From Chrysomallon squamiferum (Eukaryota; Animalia; Mollusca), in the NCBI GenBank assembly GCA_012295275.1, contig CM022677.1, forward strand, positions 6,448,001 through 6,512,000: a stretch of DNA of 64,000 bases. Direction: 5' to 3'. The notes beneath the pieces were generated by a model, which was given only the letters and a program-made list of their open reading frames with translations, was not told the origin of the DNA and searched no databases. The translations under genes and the position numbers were made by a program. Numbering within the stretch: position 1 is the first letter of the stretch; each line of letters opens with the position of its first letter. Below are positions 55,444-64,000 of the stretch, piece after piece.

Positions 55444-56698
55444 TACTATCTGTATTTGTGTATCCTTACTTTATTTCATATACATATTAAAATATTTGCT
55501 GACTAAAAACGTAATATTTCTTTATTCGTGCTGTTCAGAGAAAAAATATTATCAAGAATTTAATTTTGATATGTTATTTATTATAATTAGAGAAAGAGAG
55601 GCACAGATTTGGGTTTCACTTGCGTAAATTTGTGTATTTTCATTCCTCTGTAAAAATATAATATAAAAATTTCAAATACATGTAAATACTGTTTCTCATC
55701 TTTTTAAAATAGATACCTTATTAAAATTTCACAAATTCTAACGATTTACTGATTCATAATATCTAATATCAGTTCTGTTTAAGAGTTTAATTATGTATGC
55801 TTTTCTTTGTGTGCGTCTATTCATGTGTGTGTGTGAGTGTTACAGAATGCGAAAACTGAGAGTCTATTTAATTTATTTATTTCAAAACTTAACAAAAACA
55901 ATTAATTATCGGTTAATATTGATTGTAATTAATACAAATAAATATTGCTTAAATCAAATTTAATGAATAGATATATTTTTAATTCTGTTTAAAGACAAAT
56001 GTAGACGCAGTGTAAACTATCTCTGTGTGTATGTTTGTGAATGTGTGTGAATATATATTTATATATATATATATATATCTGTGTGTGTAATATTTATATT
56101 ACTATATATGTATATGTGTGTGTTTGTGTGTACTGTCTCTATCGCTATAGTGATGTGTATCTGTGTGAATGTAAAAAGATTAGGTGCGTATGCTTGCATA
56201 TATCCTAAATGTATAAATCTGTCTGCTTCTCACTTCATAATTTGAATTCTAGAACGTAAGTGTTTAAGAGCGGGAGAAAGAGAGATTGTTGATTTTGTTG
56301 TTATTATTAATGCAAAAATTTGCTGTGTAACTGACTGCATTAGGGATATAATATTATTTACTGAAACAAATTGTGACAAACTCTATACATGGATTTATGT
56401 TTTTGTAATTATCGTGTGGCTTTGTGACCTGTCTCTTATTTTTATTCATATAATTGATGCATTGGTCTTAACCCCGCTTGTTCTGATGAGAAAAAAGACT
56501 GTCTGAGATAGGTAGGTAGATATAAAGAACAAAAACAAAAACTTGTATACGGGACTAGTGTTTCATTATATTTGTATGTGAAATGTTTTGCAAAGTATCT
56601 ATATAAAGAGATTCAAAGAGAGTATTTATTTGAAGTTGTTATGTTTTGAGACGGAAATGAAATGTTTATGTAAACAGACAAACATACACAAGTAAAAC

Positions 56699-56765
<67 letters not shown>

Positions 56766-58291
56766 ATGTTTTACTGATTGTAATATTTGAATTATGAACA
56801 TTAATACATCGATATACGAACGAAAAAAATAAACACTTTAATTTGATAAAAGAACTAATGTTGTTTGTTAACTCTAAGGTTTAAAAGAATAATGTAGAAA
56901 TACATTTTTTTTTTTAAATAACGAAAAATACTAATTAAAAATAAATAGTGATCATGAAGTATAAATTCTTGATTTTATTTCTGCTCTAAAGGAATAAAGA
57001 AATATTCTTTCCTTCTAAATGAAGAAAGATTTTAACATGTTTCAAAGAAACAACAAATATAGACTTCGGGTTACTACAGACTTAGTGTGTTTTGTTTGTA
57101 CTCAGTTTCAGTCACACGGTGTATCTTGGCTCACTACTTTTTTGTTGGTGTCTATTTAACTTTGCTGTAGGTAAAATTGTTAATCTTGTTAGGAGAGAAG
57201 AGAGACAGTGAGAGCAGAGAGGGAGTGAGAGACAGAACAGAAAGTAAGTGGGAGACAGAACTGAGAGAGAGAGAAAGAGCGGTAGAATGACAGAGTCTGA
57301 GAGAGACAGAGAGTTTGAGCAAGAGTGAGAGAATGAGTGAGAATGTAAAACACAACATACCTAGCTATATGAACAAGTCATGGCTGACTGCCTTCTGTAT
57401 TAGGAATATCAGTTCATATTTCGTCAGTCACCTAGGAAACAGAGACGTAGAATACTGCGGGAAAATTATCTCTATCCTACTGTAGAGCGTAGGAAATTCC
57501 CTGAATGCGATGACTCAGTTTTTATTTATTTTATTTATTTCAAAACTTAATAAAAACAAATAATTGCCGCCTAATATTGATTAAAATAAATTTGGCTTAA
57601 ATTAGATAAATTTAATGAATATGTGTGCGTATGTTTACTACATATCGCTATAGGTATGTTATGTGTATATGTATTAATGAAAATAGTTTATATTTGTATG
57701 CTTGTATATATTGCAAATGTAGAAATGTGTCTGCTTCCCACTTCATAATGTTAAGAACGCTTTGAATTCTAGTATTCTAGTGTTTAAGAGCAGGAGGGAG
57801 AGAGATTGTTATTTTTGTTGTTATTATTACTAGAAATAAAATGTTCTGTGTTAATGACTGATTTGCTATGTAATATTATTTACTTAAAGAAATTGCGTCA
57901 GCCTCTATACACGGATTTATATTTTTATAATTGTTGTGGTACTATGTGACCTATCTCTTATTTTTATTCATATAACTGATGTATTTGGCTTACACAAATA
58001 CAAATGAACATTCAGAGGTCGCTGATAAAAAGTCACATCTGAAGTAAACAGCTGAGTCTATTCATTTTTGTTACTTCAGATCATTTCATATTTCGTCAGT
58101 ATTCAAATTGTTTGACGGTATGTAAAAAAAAATGCTAAGGGGAAATAACTCAGTCAAGAAGAAACACCAAACAAAGCTTGAATCGCCTACCGTTTTCAAT
58201 TTTGTTTGTAAATAGATAAACCGTATACACCCCGTTAACGTTGATATTTGAACCATTATTTTAAATTTCTTTCTTTACTACAAAAAAGGAG

Positions 58292-58366
<75 letters not shown>

Positions 58367-59694
58367 GAGAAGATAATAACCAAACAGTAATAATACAAAT
58401 GGAAAATAATAAAAATTAATAATTTCACCGTCGTATATGGTGTCATGTTATTGTTTTAATATTTTTGTTTTTACTATTTGTTTTGTCTTTTTAATAACGA
58501 TTGAAAAGAAAAATGTATATATTATGAAGTAAAACTTTTTTGTATCATTATGGTTATTTTAGAATTTTTTCTTTATTTTTACAGTTAAGATTTGTTAAAT
58601 TTGCAACATAATTAAAAACGTGAAAACTAAGTGTATAAGGTCTTCTAATAAAAATTATAATAAACTCAATTTTTTATTCTCTTATTTCATTTATCTTTAG
58701 TTACTTTATTATATAATAATTACGGTTTTTCTGTTGTTCTTACTTACTTACTTACTTACTTACTTTATTTATTTATTTATTTATGTTTGTTTGTTTTACT
58801 TTTTGATTTAATATTTTAATATAGGTTATTTCGTGTTGTTAGAAGAAAAAATCGTAAGATTCTCACAAATCTGTTAATATCTTTCTTCACGTACAATCAC
58901 TTCGCTCTGTATATCGAATGTACCAAAATCATCTAAAATAAATACTGTTGAAATAAATAATCAATTTTGTTGATTAATTCTTCCTTTTAGTTTATTATTT
59001 AGCAAAACAGTCAGAATAAAATATTAGTAAATTCTTGTAATCGCGTTAAAGCGAAAAACATTTATAATCTAAGGGGAATAACTCGCGCAACGAAAAACAT
59101 GTTCGTGTCATGTCACAGATATTATATGAAATTAATTAATTCAGTACGATTATTCGTTTTTGTTTCTTAAACTATTTCTTTTTCTACTGCTATACTCGTA
59201 TTTTTATTATTATTTTTTTAATCTTCGCTAAATAAATTAACAGTATCTCAAATACACCATAAACACATATAATATAATTTCTTCATAATTTCTTTACTTA
59301 TCCATTAAACGTTTTAAATGGGTTAAAATCTTTAACAATAGTCAGTTTAAATACACATTTTCTTTATCAATCTAGATGTTACAGGTTTTTCGTTGTTGTC
59401 TTCCAATTATTTGTTCTGCTATTGAGAAATTGTTACACCAATTGTTACTTCGCTTCATTGTCATAATTACTTAATAGCACTTAACTAAATGAAATAGAAA
59501 CCTAGATTCGAAAACATTTCATTATTATATTTTGTTACTGCTGTTAATGTTATTATTAATGGGCAACAGAGTTATTTCCCTTAGACTACCTAGTCTATGA
59601 AATTGAGTAATTATTATTATTATTATTATTATTATTATTGTTATTGTTATTATTATTATTATTGTTGTTATTATTATTGTTATTGTTATTGCTA

Positions 59695-59737
<43 letters not shown>

Positions 59738-60579
59738 CTCTATTTGTTCATTTTAAATTTTTTTCATATGCTTTTGTGTCGTTGATGTTACTGTTCATAC
59801 TGTTATTGTTATTATTTCTTTATTGTTCTTGTTGTTACTGTTATTATTATAATTATTATTGTTGTTGTTGTTGTTGTTGTTATTATTATTATTATTATTA
59901 TTGCTGTATGACGCACTGTATAAAATGTTCTGTTCACAGATATGAAGGATGATCTTTGACCCCTCTCTGATTACTACGTACAAACAACGAAACTTAGTAA
60001 CTGATATCTCAAAAACGTGACTAGATACTAAACTGGATAAAACACTGGGGATCTGTAAACTTGTCTTTTAAAGCCCAAAGTTACAAATCATATTTCGCCT
60101 TTTGTTCTCTATTCACGCTCGAGTTAGTTGGAGCAAGAGACTGATTCACAATAATCACAGAGGAGGGGAACAGGGCCGGTACTGAGGCTTCAGAATTTCG
60201 ATGAGGAACAAAACCATATATTATTGTTTCATTTTGTTTTATATATATATTTATTTTTTATTTATTTTTATTTTTTTCCATATTCAATTTGACTTCAGTT
60301 TTCTAGCACTTCCTAACCTATAAATAGAGAGATATGATGTTTACTAAATTCAATATTTTGACATCATCTTTCTAAAATAGATGTAATAGCAGTATCTCCT
60401 TTTTATACACTAGAACGCAACAAACACAAGACACTTTTGAAACTGTATTCGCGTTATTGCCGAACATTCACTCCATCAGTAAAGTAATTTAGTCTTCACA
60501 GGACGACTAAATTGTTAGGCACATTTTAATTATTTTTCAAAAATTAATATCATTTTTTAAATTTAATTTTTAAATTATG

Positions 60580-60806
60580 CTAAATGAGGCGGTTAAACCA
60601 AGTCTTTACTCTGTATCCATTAATATAACATTCGATATCCAGACTTAAACAAGATTTATATCTCATGGCGCAGTATTTTATGAGTCCGTGATCTTTCTGA
60701 TTGTTGTCGTTCTGCCAGCAGAGAGAAATACTTCGTACCAGTGTCAGGTCTGTACGTGAGTTAGTCCAGTATGCGGTGCGCTGCTGCTGTGTAAAAACGT
60801 ACATAC
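60580..60806 (-). CDS. Candidate open terminal exon (phase 1, ~75 aa, 4 Cys) of an unknown small protein
   Basis: After ataattacAG: GMYVFTQQQRTAYWTNSRTDLTLVRSISLCWQNDNNQKDHGLIKYCAMRYKSCLSLDIECYINGYRVKTWFNRLI*. The paralog at 34689-34916 is disrupted. No homology recognised. Confidence 0.25.
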
Positions 60807-60986
60807 CTGTAATTATTATTTGTTCTAAAGTAAAGACTTTCAGAATAAATGACTGATAATAATCACAAACATTGTGGCAATAACTACTAATATTAATACT
60901 AATAATACTAATAGTAATACTTTTACTATCATTATCGCTAAATGTATACAATGCTGATAACAATAGATCTGTTAGTTACTTTTGTT

Positions 60987-61085
<99 letters not shown>

Positions 61086-61327
61086 CATGATACAAATTAT
61101 AAAATGGGTTGTTTATTGTAAAGTTCGTTGCACAAGAGAGTAGTACAGTAGATTCATGGATAATAAGTTTACATAAAAATTATTTTTAAAACTTTTAAAC
61201 CCCATGGGGATCTGTGCACGCGTGTTTGAAATCATATTTCATCTTTTGTTTTCTATTCACACTCGAGTTACTTGGAGCAAGGGACTGATTCACAATAATC
61301 ACAGAGGAGGGGAACAGGCCCGGTACT

Positions 61328-61446
<119 letters not shown>

Positions 61447-61770
61447 TACAATTGCGTTTTAAAGTATCAAAATGGAAATTCAATATTTACCAAGAACTTT
61501 TTACAGATTAAAATATTTGAATTATCAAAATGAAAAAGATAAACACTTTCATTTGATGAAAGAAATAATGTTGTTTTATTACTCAAAATATTAAAAGATA
61601 AGTTGAAATAAATTTGATTTCTTTAAATAAAATAAATATACTAATGATAATCATAATAATAATAATAATAATAGTAATAATGATGATGATGATGATGATA
61701 AAAATAAGTAGCATTAATAATGCTGGTGATGAAAATGATTTTCATGACGGTGATGATAATGACAACGACA

Positions 61771-61823
<53 letters not shown>

Positions 61824-62089
61824 TTTGTCTTACAATCTGAAATAAGAAGTAACATATAATTTGCTGTTTATATTCCAGTGTGTTACTCTCATTTGATGTG
61901 CATACATTTAGCAAGATATACAAAGTATCTAATTATGTTTATATCCCTACTAAAGTTACTAATTAAATGTTCAAAAATAAACGTTCTGCTTGTAATTACT
62001 ATCAGATAAATAGTGCTATTCTTTAATAGAACATATAAATTATTATTATCATTCCATATAGTTCTGATTTCCTAAATTAATAAAATATA

Positions 62090-62214
<125 letters not shown>

Positions 62215-63131
62215 GAGATTTGGTTGTTTTCTGGCAGCCAAAAAGTTATTGTTGTTAGTATAAACTTATTTACATTCGTGTAATACATTTCTTATCTCAG
62301 ATCACAGCTTTGTAAAAGCACACAGAGAGATACACACACAAACACACACATTTATCTATATATATATATATATGTATGTAGTATGCACTGTGTATGTATC
62401 TATGTATGTATGTTTATATGTATGTATGTAAGTATGTATGTTATTTATATGGTTTTGTACGTTAGTGTTTAAATGTGTGTGTGTGTGTGTGTGAAAGTGT
62501 TATTGTCTTAGGCACGTTTGGATAAACTGAAATCACACATCACATGTCACGATATATATGTACATATTAACAGATATTAATATGTTAATTATTATTATAT
62601 CATGAAGTTGTGATTTCTGAGATTAATGAAATATAACAAATCTCTCAGGGTCTTGACAATCTTTTTTGCCTCTGTGTGACAGGTCACATATTACTAAGTG
62701 TATAAATGTCTTAAGAACATTTAAATGTGGGACATTCTAAACACATCGTTTTTAATATAGCTTCAAATCAGTTTATAAGTAAAACCGCCATTAATGAAGC
62801 AACAATAATTCAAAATAATGAAACAAACTTATTATAAAACTTAAGACGCTGCAAAACGTTTGCTTCGCTAAACAGAAAAAGACTTCTAACGCTAGTTTCC
62901 ACTGAATTAGTCACTGCGTGTCTACACGTGTTTCAGTCTGAAATTTTCCTCTCCTATCTCCCACTCTGTTCGAGTGTTGTCAAGACTTCTGTGTCTACGT
63001 ACACACTGTGATTCAGTCTCTTTCCACACTTTTATCTGAACTTTTACACATATATTATATTACATGATTTGTAAACTATGTAACTGTTTTTTATATTTTA
63101 TTATTCATAAAAAATATATCTTCTCTTTCAG

Positions 63132-63444
63132 ATACTAATAGGAATACTCTATAAATATTTACAAACACAAGATGTCAAATGTACAATAATATACATATAT
63201 GGAAAACATAATTTTATTTAATTTATTTTATTTATCTGGGTTCTTCTTTCATACAGTTATTTATATTTTGTTATTGGGAATACATTTTTATCTTCTGTTT
63301 CAGATACTACTAAAGGTAATAAACTTACACAAATACATTACACACATTACATATACCCACACATATACACATTCAAAGACTATTTTTATCTACTGTTACA
63401 GATATACTTACTACATAAATATTTTTCCTCAGATTCTGATGCCA
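63132..63444 (+). other. Candidate 12-nt microexon series (63304-63315, 63433-63444; degenerate 63132-63143)
   Basis: ctgtttcAG|ATACTACTAAAG|GTAATA; ttttcctcAG|ATTCTGATGCCA|GTGAGA; ctctttcAG|ATACTAATAGGA|atactc (no GT). Confidence 0.35.
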
Positions 63445-64000
63445 GTGAGATGCACAGTATTAAAGTATTCTCGTTAGTGTGCACACGCAAACACATCAGT
63501 ACAGAACGATGGGGTACGAACCATAAATAATAAAAATAGCAATCAAATGCAGATACAGATTGTATTGGATATGGGTTGTGTTACTGAAAACATGACTTAT
63601 TTTCGGAACTATACTTTACGCTCTGTTCAAATCATTCTGTTAAATGCATTTTCTCATGTGTCAGAAATGTTGACAGCAAAATAACTTACTCAAAATCGAT
63701 CCTAATATATTGTTGTAATCCAGTTGAAAATTCAAACCTGTTTAGTAGCATTAGAAATAGCTGGGAAAACAGAAATCAAACATTTTGGTTTGTTGTTGTT
63801 GTTGTTTTTTGTGTTCTTAAATAATTCGTATAGCTGGTTTCAGAATAGAAATACTAAATTTGTATTTGCTTAATTTATTTCAAAATTTAATAAAAACAAA
63901 TAGTTAATATTGGTTAAAGTAGGGGTGAGTGTTTTAAAACTTCTACACCAGGACCTAGCTAAATAAATAAATAACAAACAAACAAATAAATAAATAAATA

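Overview
This is AT-rich, microsatellite-dense eukaryotic DNA, probably from a mollusc/lophotrochozoan (inferred from TTAGGG repeats, the TRIM-NHL type and the repeat motifs). Only one clearly intact protein-coding gene is present: a minus-strand two-coding-exon RING / coiled-coil / NHL-propeller TRIM-like E3 ligase (2493-4483, about 571 aa) with no B-box. The ORF track misses several decayed spliced genes: an unprocessed EGFR/ErbB kinase pseudogene (four exon remnants, 2-1467), a probable SAMD3-like remnant (16.1-22.9 kb) whose intron holds a head-to-tail chain of LINE ORF1, Ginger2/KRBA2 integrase and piggyBac fragments, a candidate 6-Cys secreted-peptide pseudogene, and an orphan trypsin-family exon. 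Also present are a higher-order interstitial telomeric array, a hAT-Charlie element with a perfect 8-bp TSD, a deleted mariner and several MITEs. From about 31 kb to the end the window is a patchwork of short segmental duplications. These carry repeated exon-like modules: a short exon reading MKDEL*/MKDVL*/MKDDL*, a signal-peptide-like exon whose frame depends on an (AT)n tract, and a 4-Cys exon, plus a run of 12-nt microexon candidates near the end. All assignments come from manual translation and comparison with remembered family motifs; no database search was run.
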